The translations under genes were made by a program, and so were the position numbers. The notes below the pieces were generated by a model. It was given only the letters and a program-made list of their open reading frames with translations. It searched no databases and had not been told where the DNA came from. Positions 27,115 through 38,995 of a DNA stretch of 64,000 nt are shown piece by piece. This DNA comes from Hemiscyllium ocellatum. Lineage: Eukaryota. The stretch is from the NCBI RefSeq assembly GCF_020745735.1, contig NC_083412.1, positions 71,576,320 to 71,640,319 of the forward strand, read 5' to 3'. How positions within the stretch are numbered: the stretch's first letter is position 1; each line of letters begins with the position of its first letter.

Positions 27115-27446
27115 ACAGATTTGGGGATAAAGGGTTGGTGAGGGGGTTGGGGGGTTGATTTGGCCAACATAGGTAGGGGCATAGGTTTAGGGTGAGAGGG
27201 GAAAGATATAAAAGAGACCTAAGGGGAAACTTTTTCACGCAGAGGGTGGTACGTGTATGGAAGAGGATGTGGAGGAGGCTGGTACAATTGCAACATTTAA
27301 GAGGCATTTGGATGGGTTTATGAATAGGAAGGGTTTGGAGGGATATGGGCTGGGTGTTGGCAGGTGAGACTAGATTGGGTTGGGATATCTGGTTGGCGTG
27401 GACAGGTTGGACCGAAGGGTCTGTTTCCATGCTCTATGACTCTATA
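27115..27446 (+). mobile_element. CR1 3' end
   Basis: RGHRFRVRGERYKRDLRGNFFTQRVVRVW; ctatgactctat tail. Confidence 0.85.
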
Positions 27447-27484
27447 TGGGAGTGAGTTTAGAAGTACAGGTGGGTAAGATGGAA

Positions 27485-27772
27485 AGGGGTAGCACTGCTA
27501 CCTTACAGCGCCAGGGACCTGGGTTCAATTACCACCTCAGGTGACTGTCTGTGTGGAGTTTGCACATTATCTCAGTGTCTGCGTGGATTTCCTCCCACAG
27601 TCCAAAGGTGTGCAGGTTAGGTGAATTAGCCATGCTAAATTGCCCATAGAGTTAGGTGGATTAGTCAGGGGTAAATGTAGAGGAATGGGTCTGGGTGGGT
27701 TACTCTTCAGAGGGTCGGTGTGGACTTGTTGGGCCAAATGGCCTGTTTCCACTCTGCAGGGAATCTAATCTA
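27485..27772 (+). mobile_element. HE1 SINE
   Basis: tagcactgct..gggttcaattccac B box, V-domain, gaatctaatctaa tail. Confidence 0.85.
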
Positions 27773-27926
27773 ACCTTCTTGGGGCTTGCCTGTCAATGGG
27801 CAAAGAGCACCCACCAAAAACAGAACATTTCTTTAACCTTTCCAAAAAAAAACATAAAGAACTGTGAATGCTGGAAATCAGAAACAAAATCAGAAATTGC
27901 TGGAAAAACTCAGCAGAGAGAAAGCA

Positions 27927-27966
27927 GAGTTAACGTTTCAGGTCCAGTGACCCTTCTTCAGAACTC
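27927..27966 (-). ncRNA. Putative minimal hammerhead ribozyme (second Penelope-pLTR family, element ~27850-27966)
   Basis: rc GAGTT-CTGAAGA-A-GGGTC-ACTG-GACCT-GAAAC-GTT-AACTC: stem I, core, stem II, NUH site. Confidence 0.7.
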
Positions 27967-28589
27967 AAGAAGTAGGTGCAATGACCATAATGCTTATCTT
28001 TTTGTGAAAGACACTCTGGAAGAGATGTAGAAGGATGTAAATATTGTATAAAGACAGCCACTTGTCATGAGCAGAGTTAATACTCAAAATATAAAAGTGG
28101 TACACTGTGTGATGAGTGATGCAAGAGATCACAAATGGAAAGACTCTAAAGAAATACTCAAGTGCAGATCCTGTGCTAAGCCTAGTGTAAATAGGTTATG
28201 GATTTTGATCAAAAAAAGAATGATCTTAAAATCTTAAGCTGCAGTATCCTATCTTCAGTAATATACAGACCTCAACACTTCCAAGATTAAACACCACAAG
28301 AGATTCTGCCTTTCAATGCACAAGCTGCCTGTGGAGAAACAACAGGGAGTGATACCTATCTTGCATAAAATGCCAATGTTGCCTCTGGACAAATTTTGGC
28401 ATAGTTTCAGACCTTTATTAAAATTTTCTCTGGGCTTAGAGGCAGGATATCTGGAAAATCTTCAGACTCAATATTTTAGGTTAATAAATGTCAAGGCATA
28501 GGACTAACTGTAAATATAGGGAGATGGATAAAAGCGCAACTGCCTATGATTAGATTCATCCTCTGGATCAGGTCCAAACATTATAGTGT

Positions 28590-29355
28590 TCCTAACAAGA
28601 TCTGGACAATTTCCAGGCTTGAGCTGACAAGTGTCAAATAATGTCTGTGCCAGAAATGCCAGGCAATAACAATCTAACCACTGCCCCTTGATATTCAGTG
28701 GTGTTCCATCACTGATGATCCCCCCTGTCAACACCCTCTGGGTTACTATTTACCAGAAACTCAGTTGGACTCATGGGTATAAGCACAGTAGCTGCAAGAA
28801 TAGTCACAGGCTCATAATACTGCAGCAAGCAACTCACCTCCTGACTACCTAAAGCAAGTCAGGAGTGTAATGAACTACTCTCCACTTGCCTGGATGATTG
28901 CAGCTCCAATAACATTCAAGAAGTTTGACACCATCTAAAACAAAGCAGCCCATTTGATTAGCATCACATCTGCAAACATGCACCACCAAGGCTCAGTAGT
29001 AGCAGTGTGTACTTTCTATAGGATACACTGTAGAAATTTGCCAAGGCTCCTTAGGCAGCACTTTCCAGATCCACAACCACTTCCATCTCAATTGATAAGA
29101 GTAGCAGATACATGGGAACACCATCACCTTCAAGTTTCCCTCAAAACCACTCATCACCCTGACTTAGAAATATATTGCAATTCCTTCTCTGTCGCTGGGT
29201 CAAAATCCTGTAATTTCTTCCATAATCACATTGTGGATTTACCTACAGCGCATGGACTGCAGTGGTTCAAGAAGGCAGCTCATCACCACCTTCACAGGGA
29301 CAGCCTGTGATGGGTAATAAATGTTGGCCAGCCAATAATACCCACATCCATGGGT
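28590..29355 (+). mobile_element. LINE-B 3' portion
   Basis: Most complete copy of the family also seen at 785-1626, 8685-8962, 39720-39965 and 47235-48340. Confidence 0.8.
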
Positions 29356-30059
29356 GATTTAAAAAAAACGCTTTGCAAGTATTGTCCAGAGGTAAACATT
29401 CAGCGAACAGTTTCAACTGCAGTGCACGGACAGACATAAATTGCAACGGAGGTGTAATCTGGAGGAACCTATGGATCCCTTAAACAGCGAATGAATGAAG
29501 CGTTTGAATTTATTTGCCTTTTTCGAGACAAGTGAGCTATTGTAATTTTTCTCCATCAGTATTTTTGATTTAATTGTGAAACAGTATTTCTGCCATGTTT
29601 CCCCTTATAATGAACAAATCAGGGCAAACAAGTAAAAAAATGGCCTTATTGTTCAATACTGATCCTATTGCCTTGTACTGATCCCTTTGGCTGTATCATG
29701 TGAAATGCTGCAGTTCTGTCATTCCTTACCTTAATGTGAACCAAAGCCTGGTAAGAACAAAAATGTGTCCATAAAAACTCTCACTCATGCATCTTTAAAA
29801 TTAATACTTATAGACGATTAAAACCATAACAAGAGAATCTATAAAGTGTCTTTAATGAATGCAAACAGGAAAATGACAATTTAATATTTGCCAAGACAAA
29901 AAAAAGGGTTCCCGCAGGAATTTCTGAGCCTTAATATACCACTTACTGAGATTTCAGGAAATGCACTCATTTTAATTGACAAAATAATCCCATTAAAATC
30001 TGAGTAGCATCCATGTTTAACCATCTGAACAGCAAGCCCAACATTACTACAGAGGAATA

Positions 30060-30280
30060 TCTCTGGTGAGTGCTGGGTGGGCCAGTGAATAATACTAAAA
30101 TCTGGGTTTAAATTGGACCCAGGCTGTGGAGAGGGAAATCCTCCCAATTTGCCAGCTGTAAGAGTTGTATATGAAATTAAGCTTTCAGTTCTGTGTGGTT
30201 ATTCATCACAGGACACAAAACTGCCCATAGTTTGACAACATCAACACGTGGGTTAGGATTCTCACTGGGAGAGGGCATGA
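30060..30280 (+). mobile_element. Possible LF-SINE-like ancient SINE relic
   Basis: ctgggtttaaatt..gctgtaagagttgtatatgaaatt..cacaaaactgccc resembles my recollection of the LF-SINE consensus; not aligned. Confidence 0.3.
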
Positions 30281-30759
30281 GGAAAATAGAAAATTTAACA
30301 AAGGTGTAACAGGAGTGTGGGTATCAGGCTGGAGCTAAAAAAATTAGAGTTTATCTACAGCTTGGGATTTTGCTGTGTCGGGAAAACTCATCATTTTGGA
30401 AGATGATTTAAGATTTAGTTGATTTCCGTGAACTTGTGATACATACTTCCTGCATAATCAGTAAATCCATCAATTTTAGAGGGTGTTCCAAATTCTTTAG
30501 ACTAACCTCATATTTAATATTCCCACCCATGCAGAGAAAAAAATAAACAGTCAAAAAGCAGAAGTTGTACTCCCTACAAAGAAGAATGAAAACATGTTTT
30601 TGCAGATGAAATTGTTTGGTAGAAGAGCTACTGAGGTTAAATCTTATCATTTGTTCTTAATATTACTAAAAAGTTAACATGTCTGACTGAAAGTCCTTTG
30701 TTTGTTAATATCTGGCATTGTTCAATTAGGCTTCATATTTGATTTATTGGTTTCTTCTA

Positions 30760-32533
30760 GGAGAAAATGAGGACTGCAGATGCTGGAGATCAGAGCTGAA
30801 AATGTGTTGCTGGAAAAGCGCAGCAGGTCAGGCAGCATCCAAGGAGCAGGAGAATCGGCATTTCGGCCATGAGCCCTTCTTCAGGAATGAGGAAGGTGTG
30901 CCAAGCAGACTGAGATAAAAGGTAGGGAGGAGGGACTTGGGGGAGAGGCGTTGGAAATGCGATAGGTGGAAGGAGGTTAAGGTGAGGGCGATAGGCCGGA
31001 GTGGGGGTGGGCGTGGAGAGGTCAGGAAGAAAATTGCAGGTTAGGAAGGTAGTGCTGAGTTCGAGGGTTGGGACTGAGACAAGGTGGGGGGAGGGGAAAT
31101 GAGGAAACTGGAGAAATCTGAGTTCATCCCTTGTGGTTGGAGGGTTCCTAGGCGGAAGATGAGGTGCTCTTCCTCCAGCCGCCGTGTTGCTATGGTCTGA
31201 TGATGGAGGAGTCCAAGGACCTGCATGTGGGAATGGGAGGGGGAGTTGACGTGTTGAGCCATGGGGTGATTGGTTGGTTGGTCCGGACGTCCCAGAGGTG
31301 TTCTCTAAAATGTTCCGCAAGTAGGCGGCCTGTCTCCCCAATATAGAGGAGGCCACATCGGGTGCAGCGGATGCAGTAAATGATGTGTGTGGAGGTGCAG
31401 GTGAATTTGTGGCAGATATGTAAGGATCCCTTGGGGCCTTGGAGGGAAGTAAGGGGGGAGGTGTGGGCGCAAGTTTTGCATTTCTTGCGGTTGCAGGGGA
31501 AGGTGCCAGGAGTGGAGGTTGGGTTGGTGGGGGGTGTGGACCTGACGAGGGAGTCACGGAGGGAGTGGTCTTTTCAGAACTCTGATAGGGGAGGGGAGGG
31601 AAATATATCCCTGGTGGTGGGTTCCATTTGGAGGTGGCAGAAATGACGTCGGATGATACGATGTATAAGGAGGTTGGTGGGGTGGTAGGTGAGGACCAAT
31701 GAGGTTCTGTCCTGGTGGCGATTGGAGGGGCGGGGCTCAAGGGCAGAGGAGCGGGAAGTGGAGGAGATGCGGTGGAGAGCATCGTCGATCACGTCGGGGG
31801 AAATTGCGGTCTTTGAAGAAGGAGGCCATCTGGGTTGTTCGGTATTGGAACTATCCTCCTGGGAGCAGATGTGGCGGAGACGAAGGAATTGGGAATATGG
31901 GATGGCATTTTTACAGGGGGCAGGGTGGGAGGAGGTGTAGTCTAGGTAGCTGTGGGAGTCGGTCGGTTTATAGTAAATGTCCGTGTTGATTCGATCGCCC
32001 GAGATAGAAATGGAGAGGTCTAGGAAGGGGAGGGAGGAGTCTGAGACAGTCCAGATAAATTTGAGGTCGGGGTGGAGGGTGTTGGTAAAGTGGATGAACT
32101 GTTCAACCTCCTTGTAGGAGCACGAGGCAGCACCGAGGTGCCAGTGTAGCTGAAGATGGACTGTTCAACATATCCTACGAAGAGGCAGGCATAGCAGGGG
32201 CCCATGCGGGTGCCCATGCTACTCCTTTGGTTTGGAGGAAGTGGGAGGATTGGAAAGAGAAGTTGTTCAGAGTGAGGACCACTTCAGTCAGTCGAAGGAA
32301 GGTGTCAGTGGAAGGGGACTGGTTGGTATGGCGGGAAAGGAAGCAGCGGAGGGCTTTGAGTCCTTCGTGATGGGGGATGTCCATGGTGAAGATAAGGCAT
32401 TGGGGACCGGGGAAGCGAAAATCATGGAGGTGGAGGGCATGGGTGGTATCCGAACGTAGGTGGGGAGTTCTTGGACTAAGTGGGACAGGACCGTGTCGAG
32501 ATATGCAGAGATGTGTTCGTTGGGGCAGGAGCT
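30760..32533 (-). mobile_element. Penelope-like element (Neptune type), 5'-truncated, frameshifted RT + GIY-YIG + pLTR with tail
   Basis: GTRMGPCYACLFVGYVEQ, C..C linker, RRLEEEHLIFRLGTLQPQGMN; closely related to 52144-54361; TSD TCTAG. Confidence 0.92.
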
Positions 32534-35500
32534 GTATCTAGAAGAACTCACCATTGTATACCTAGTCAAAAAACTATCCTTGCAGCAGCATTGCACTGAG
32601 AGGTGCCAATGTGTTCCAAAGTGCAGCATTGCAGATTAGAAGTTTACTATAAGTAGGTTGGACGTGTGTCTGAGGAGATGCGGTCATCTGTTGGATGCTA
32701 GCCAGCAGCCATGGTTCTTGTAGCCATTGCAAATGGAACATGTCCTGAAATATTGTCGCTAGGTGTTCAAGTTGGTGGTGCAGAGAAGCAAGCAGTGAGC
32801 TGAATTTGCCAGGTACTTCTTCTGCCTTTCATGTCAGGAATTCTTGCATCTCATTTCCATTTGGCACATGGTAGAAGGGAAAACTGCATATAAAATGGAG
32901 GCATGGTTGTGTTGTAATCAGGGTGATAATGAGCAATAATCATTGATAATGGGACTCTTGCCATTCAAGAATCTCATCTGGACATTCAAAACTCTATTGG
33001 AAAATATGAGTTGTTGCTCCTGATGTCAAGAAAGGCTCTTGCATGACTTCTCACACAATTCTCCCACATTTCTCACCATCGATTATGTCATATCGGACCT
33101 GGGAAGATTCTGTCCAAAGATACAGTAACTGCCAACAGACTAATACCATACTACTATAACTCAAGGTGAAGCAGGTACCTTCACAAAAGAATATCACATA
33201 TTATGTTATCCATTTCATGCCTGAAAGGTACACTACCTGTCTGGTAATGAGATCTAGGCAATACATTCCCCTCTTTTTCCTTTAGACATGGGAACTTTTT
33301 TCCAATAAACATGCATAAGGATGCATGCGTTATTGGTTTCACTTTTTAATTCCCCTGTATTGCTGCTTTTAAACGAATAGGCTGGTCTCTGTGTGGCTTT
33401 CACACCAAAACACCACACGTGCCTTTTTTTGTGGTTTTCACACCATTTGTTATGGAACAAATGGCAGAATCAACTGATAGCTAGGCAGATTAAAAAATAA
33501 CTTTACAGCCTCCAAGTCTTCCCCTGTTCCCCCCCCCCCCCACTTTTATGGTTATGTCTGCAATTTTTCCAAGAATCACTTTGCCAGAGGGCAGCTATCA
33601 GACTGGAGATGTTTTGCACCACTTGCAAAACTTCTAGTGGTCTAGCATTCAGCCTGATCACTCGTCTACTGGTGAGGCAGTGCTTTATAATACTGGGTCG
33701 ACAGATAAACTATGGCTTCCCATTTTCCTTCAAATAAAGGGTGTGCTTCTCTGTTGAAGTGACTACGATTCATTACAGGTTGGGTATTTATTGTTCAGAA
33801 CTAGTTCAGCTCTGAACTCATGTAGTTAATTAGCAATAGTTAATCACCTTTTAGATGTTATCATGTTTTAATACTGACGATCTGCTATCAAATAGCTACC
33901 AACATGGTGTGGTTTGTGAGCAATTTTCCCATTTGCAGTTTAAGTGCTTTGTCAAGTGAGATTCATGGTACCTGGTCCACAATGACTCTCAGTGACATCT
34001 GTCAGGCAACCTTCCACTTTTCATCTCATTGGCTGTGCAGCCAGTCTCTAGGGTGCCTTTTTTTGGGGAATTTCATGGCTAGAGAGACTCATCCATGTTG
34101 TGAACATCCAGCTTTCACACCTCTGGTACCATATTTAAAGCTTAATCTCTGTTGTCTGCTGACCAGCCTGTCTTCTATCCAAGTTAACATGCTATCCCTA
34201 CACCCTGAGCTTCTATTCAGACATTTCATTTGAGGTCTTTCCAAACATTAGAGTCCTGAGAGTTTCACGTGGTTAGTCCTGTAATTCCAGTGTATCCAGT
34301 CCAAGGATTTGCAGTAGGTCAGTGGGGAATTACATTGACATCAATCAAGGGATTGGTCACTCAGTCAGAGTGTCCTTCCAAGTCAGCCAGAACAATCTGG
34401 ACCGATCAGACTTGGGGGGGTGGGGGTGGGGAGTGGGGTGGTGTAGGTGTCTGCTCACTAAAGGTCAAGGGGCACAACAAGCGTCATAAAATCAAGGATC
34501 ATAGGTGTGGTGGGTAAGTTATGAAGTTGATTTTGAGAATGAAAGGCAGAATGCTGGGATACAGAGAGGAAGTTTGTCAAGGGTGACAACTGCCCATATA
34601 TTAAAAAAAATGGGAAATGACAGAGCATTGGAGGGCACAGATTACTGTGGGGGGTGATGGGTGTTCAACTGTGGCGAGATACAATGTATCATGATGGCTG
34701 GCATGACTTAAAATGGTCAGGAGTGAATGGAGGCATGAAGATTTAAGTTTAAAAAAAAAGAGTTGGGTGAGGGACAACATGGAAGCTCAAATCAAATGGT
34801 ATTAACTGAGACTGCAAGAACATGAAGGTTTAGGAGTCAGTTAGATTGATAGGCTGAGCCAGTGACTTACTCTGCAAAGCTCTGCTACCCTCCCTCCTTC
34901 ACCACATTACACAAGGAAATTCAAAATGTCTGCCACTACAACCAAAGTGGGCTGAGTACGTTTTTTTTTGTGTCTGAGGGAGCGGGCTCTACTTTTAAGT
35001 AATGTGTAGTCCTTCAAGGGGCAATTGCATTAATCAATCATTTTCAGTTTGGTTTAAAGATATCTGTGGCCACAGAATTGTCCATGTAAATGTCCATGTC
35101 CATGTAGTGACCAATTTTGTTGAATATAAATTCTAGCTGTAATCTTATTTTTGGTCATTACAAAATTAATCATAGTCATCTCTGTGAAGCAGAAGTAATG
35201 TAAAATATCACCTGCAGGTCACAATTCATGAAAACAATCCAAAATGTCATTGGCTGCACAAGGACTCCACCAGGGCACAGAGCTACTGCCCAGTCACCTT
35301 GAAATATATGCATTTGATAACATGCACTAATATGCAACACTGCCGTTCTTAGCAGATGGGAGCCAGAGTGGGGTTAACAAGTTGTCAGTGATGCTACCTA
35401 ACTTACAATCTCCTGTGTTATGTGTGACATGGATTGTGCTGCATACATTGGAATGAGATCTACTACATCAAAAGTCCACATATAGAATCCCATAGCCCAC

Positions 35501-36334
35501 ACTGTCAAGGTCCTCCATTACCCACTGGATTAAAGACTGTGGTATACTGTAGTTTGCTGGTGACTGCTGGCTGCTCATGTTAATAAAGAGCTGTTTTGTG
35601 TCTGATGTCCCCCATGTAGGTTCAAAGGAAGCATCACCAAAAGGATCCGGTTGCAGAAAGCGTCATTGCTGCTCCGTTTACTGCATGTTAGACACATGAA
35701 GAAATTGAGATGAAACAGATGTGTCAAAGGCAGGACCATCAGCAACCTCCAGCAGCTGCCAACAGCCTCCATGTGAAGAAGTCACTGTACAGAAGGTGCA
35801 GATGGCCCAGAGTATATCATCCTTTTCTCATAAAGGGGTCCATACCAGACAGTGTGCTGCATACTTCCTGCATATTGTACTCTGCACAACCAGAACTGGC
35901 AAACAGTAAATGTTATGAATACTAGAGAGTTGGGAGATCAGCAGTGTTTTCCGTAGAGGAAGACGAGGACATTGTGTCCTAGAGCTCATAGAGAGAAACC
36001 CTCCCTGAAATTGATACGTAGCCAAATTTTGTTAAATTTCAGCCCAATGTTTCTTGACTACATACAAAAAGAAACTTTGATCAAATTTCCATTACGTGGC
36101 TGCACTCACAATTTAAATTTTTATTTTTGCCACTATGAAGCTGAGAAAAACAAATCACTTAAAATCTGATAGCAGCTCCTGGTGTATTCACATACAAGTG
36201 AATTTTAATCATGGCAGAGTTTTCCTAACCCCTGAAAACAGGAAATTCCTGAAAGCCTCTAAACACAAAAAAAGTTGATTTTTTTTTCTCAAATGTTGAG
36301 AATGTGAAGTCCAATTTTAAACCCCAAGGCATGG

Positions 36335-38340
36335 TGTAAAGGGCCTTGTGAGGCAGCCGTGGTTTAGTAAGGAATTGGAGTCCCTTGTGAAAGGGAAGAA
36401 GGCGGCATATGTAAAGATGAGGCGTGAAGGTTCAGTTGGGGCGATTGAGAGTTATAAGGTAGCCAGGAAGGAGCTAAAGAGGGAGCTAAGAGAAGCGAGA
36501 AGGGGACATGAAAAGTCTTTAGCTGGTAGGATTAGGGAAAACCCAAAGGCTTTCTATAGGTATGTCAAGAATAAAAGGATGACTAGGGTAGGTATCGGTC
36601 CAGTCAAGGATAGTAGTGGGAAGTTGTGTGTGGAGGCGGAGGAGATTGGAGAGACATTAAATCAGTACTTTTCATCAGTATTCACTCAGGAACAGGACAC
36701 TGTTGCTGATGTGAATATGGAATCACAAATAATTAGAATGGATGCCCTGGAAATATGCAGGGAAGAGGTTTTGGGAATATTGGAAAGGATGAATATAGAT
36801 AAGTCTCCTGGGCCTGATGGCATTTACCCCAGGATCCTATGGGAAGCTAGGGAGGAGATAGCAGAGCCATTGGCCTGGATTTTTATGTCGTCATTGTCAA
36901 CGGGAATAGTACCAGAGGACTGGAGGATAGCGAATGTGGTCCCATTGTTCAAGAAAGGGAGTAGGGATAGCCCTAGTAACTATAGGCCAGTGAGTCTGAC
37001 TTCAGTGGTGGGCAAAGTCTTAGAGAGAATGGTAAGGGATAAGATTTATGAACATCTGGGTAGGAATAACGTGATCAGGGATAGCCAGCATGGTTTTGTG
37101 AAGGGCAGGTCGTGCCTCACAAACCTTATTGAGTTCTTTGAGAAGGTGACTAAGGAAGTGGATGAGGGTAAAGCAGTAGATGTTGTGTATATAGATTTTA
37201 GTAAGGCGTTCGATAAGGTTCCCCATGGTAGGCTAATGCTAAAACTTCGGAGGTATGGCATTGAGGATACATTAGAGGTTTGGATTAGGAATTGGCTGGC
37301 TGGAAGGAGACAGAGGGTAGTAGTTGATGGATTATGTTCATCTTGGAGCGCAGTTACTAGCGGTGTACCACAAGGATCTGTTTTGGGACCATTGCTTTTT
37401 GTTATCTTTATAAATGATCTAGAGGAAGGACTTGAAAGCTGGGTAAGCAAGTTTGCGGATGACACAAAAGTCGGTGGAGTTGTGGATAGTGAGGAAGGAA
37501 GTGGTAGGTTACAGCGGGATATAGATAAGTTGCAGAGCTGGGCGGAAATGTGGCAAATGGAATTCAATGTAGCTAAGTGCGAAGTCGTTCACTTTGGTAG
37601 GAATAACAAGATGATGGATTACTGGGCTAATGGTAGGCTACTTGGTAGTGTGGATGAGCAGAGGGATCTTGGTGTCCATGTACACAGATCTCTGAAAGTT
37701 GCCACCCAGGTAAATAGTGCTGTGAGGAAGGCATATGGTGTACTGGGCTTTATTGGCAGAGGAATTGAGTTCCGGAGTCCTGAGGTCATGTTGCAGTTGT
37801 ATAAGACTCTGGTGAGGCCTCATCTGGAGTATTGTGTGCAGTTTTGGTCGCCATACTATAGGAAGGATGTGGAAGCTTTAGAACGAGTGCAGAGGAGGTT
37901 TACCAGGATGTTGCCTGGAATGGTAGGAAAATCTTATGAGGAAAGGCTGAGGCACTTGGGGCTGTTCTCATTGGAGAAGAGAAGGTTTAGGGGAGATCTG
38001 ATAGAAGTGTATAAGATGATTAGGGGTTTAGATAGGGTAGATACTAAGAACCTTTTACCGCTAATGGAGTCAGGTGTTACTAGGGGACATAGCTTTAAAT
38101 TAAGGGGTGGTAGGTATAGGACAGATGTTAGGGGTAGATTCTTCACACAGCGGGTTGTGAGTTCATGGAATGCCCTGCCTGTATCAGTGGTGAACTCTCC
38201 TTCTTTATGGTCATTTAAGCGGGCATTGGATAGGCATTTGGAAGTTATTGGGCTAGTATAGGTTAGGTAGGATTCGGTCGGCGCAACATCGAGGGCCGAA
38301 GGGCCTGTACTGCGCTGTATCCTTCTATGTTTTTTGTTCT
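36335..38340 (+). mobile_element. Young 5'-truncated CR1 LINE (HER1-like)
   Basis: Open ORF2 plus 3' UTR gagggccgaagggcctgtactgcgctgtat..ttctatgt; 5' boundary approximate. Confidence 0.93.
36348..38261 (+). CDS. CR1 ORF2 reverse transcriptase domain (lacks N-terminal APE endonuclease)
   Basis: KSPGPDGIYP, NYRPVSLTS, QHGFVKGRSCLTNL, DFSKAFDKVPH, SGVPQGSVLGP, KFADD, TRGH; no stops in 637 codons. Confidence 0.9.
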   Translation: MRQPWFSKELESLVKGKKAAYVKMRREGSVGAIESYKVARKELKRELREARRGHEKSLAGRIRENPKAFYRYVKNKRMTRVGIGPVKDSSGKLCVEAEEIGETLNQYFSSVFTQEQDTVADVNMESQIIRMDALEICREEVLGILERMNIDKSPGPDGIYPRILWEAREEIAEPLAWIFMSSLSTGIVPEDWRIANVVPLFKKGSRDSPSNYRPVSLTSVVGKVLERMVRDKIYEHLGRNNVIRDSQHGFVKGRSCLTNLIEFFEKVTKEVDEGKAVDVVYIDFSKAFDKVPHGRLMLKLRRYGIEDTLEVWIRNWLAGRRQRVVVDGLCSSWSAVTSGVPQGSVLGPLLFVIFINDLEEGLESWVSKFADDTKVGGVVDSEEGSGRLQRDIDKLQSWAEMWQMEFNVAKCEVVHFGRNNKMMDYWANGRLLGSVDEQRDLGVHVHRSLKVATQVNSAVRKAYGVLGFIGRGIEFRSPEVMLQLYKTLVRPHLEYCVQFWSPYYRKDVEALERVQRRFTRMLPGMVGKSYEERLRHLGLFSLEKRRFRGDLIEVYKMIRGLDRVDTKNLLPLMESGVTRGHSFKLRGGRYRTDVRGRFFTQRVVSSWNALPVSVVNSPSLWSFKRALDRHLEVIGLV

Positions 38341-38617
38341 ATTTTATAGCAACTTGTAAATACTGTATTGTTAATGAATAACAAGTGGGCCATTTGCATG
38401 CATCAACATCTTACGATCACCAATTCTTACCTCAATCAGATGCAACTTCCTATTCTCTTACACAGTCGAGAAAACACTCAACATGAAAGTCTCAGTGGGG
38501 AGCTGAAGGCTCCTCTGAGCCTCCACCTGACCAGCATTTCACAACATGTCATGGAAAGCTTCATTGGTAGCAACTACGTGTACAGCCATCAAGGAGGGTT
38601 GGTATCCACCAGGCACC

Positions 38618-38747
38618 AGGAGAAAGTGAGGACTGCAGATGCTGGAAATCAGAGTCGAGAGTGTGGTACTAGAAATGCACAGCAGGTCAGGCAGCAACTG
38701 AGGAGCAGGAGAATTGACGTTTCGGGCATAAGCCCATCATCAGGAAT
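38618..38747 (-). mobile_element. Mini-Penelope pLTR with intact hammerhead core (38712-38747)
   Basis: rc ATTC-CTGATGA-T-GGGC-TTAT-GCCC-GAAAC-GTC; 34-nt tail present. Confidence 0.82.
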
Positions 38748-38840
38748 GGCTTATGAAGCCCTTGGCTTATCAACCATGTACCAGTCTAAATTTTATCACG
38801 GCATATCTCTGACTCACTTAAAACACAGTTATCCATTTTA

Positions 38841-38995
38841 ATAGGAGAAAGTGAGGACTGCAGATGCTGGAGATCAGAGCTGAAAAACGTGTTGCTGGAA
38901 AAACACAGCAGGTCAGGCAGCATCAACACGTCATGGAAAGCTTCATTGATGCTGCTTGACCTACTGCACTTTTCCAGCAACACCTTTTTCAGCTC
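38841..38995. mobile_element. Palindromic mini-Penelope whose centre is replaced by a templated insertion
   Basis: TSD TTATCCATTTTA (38829-38840, 38996-39007); inverted arms; 25-bp filler matches 38542-38566. Confidence 0.85.

Noticed and set aside
30790-31782. 330-aa Pro/Ser/Thr-rich ORF (also 52736-53137)
   Set aside because: Alternative frame of the C-rich, stop-poor Penelope strand; not an independent gene
32545-33250. Possible ancient Gypsy integrase relic
   Set aside because: Motif similarity too weak to support a call
37046-37567. Antisense ORFs over CR1 and Penelope copies (also 52738-53750)
   Set aside because: Shadow frames of the RT genes
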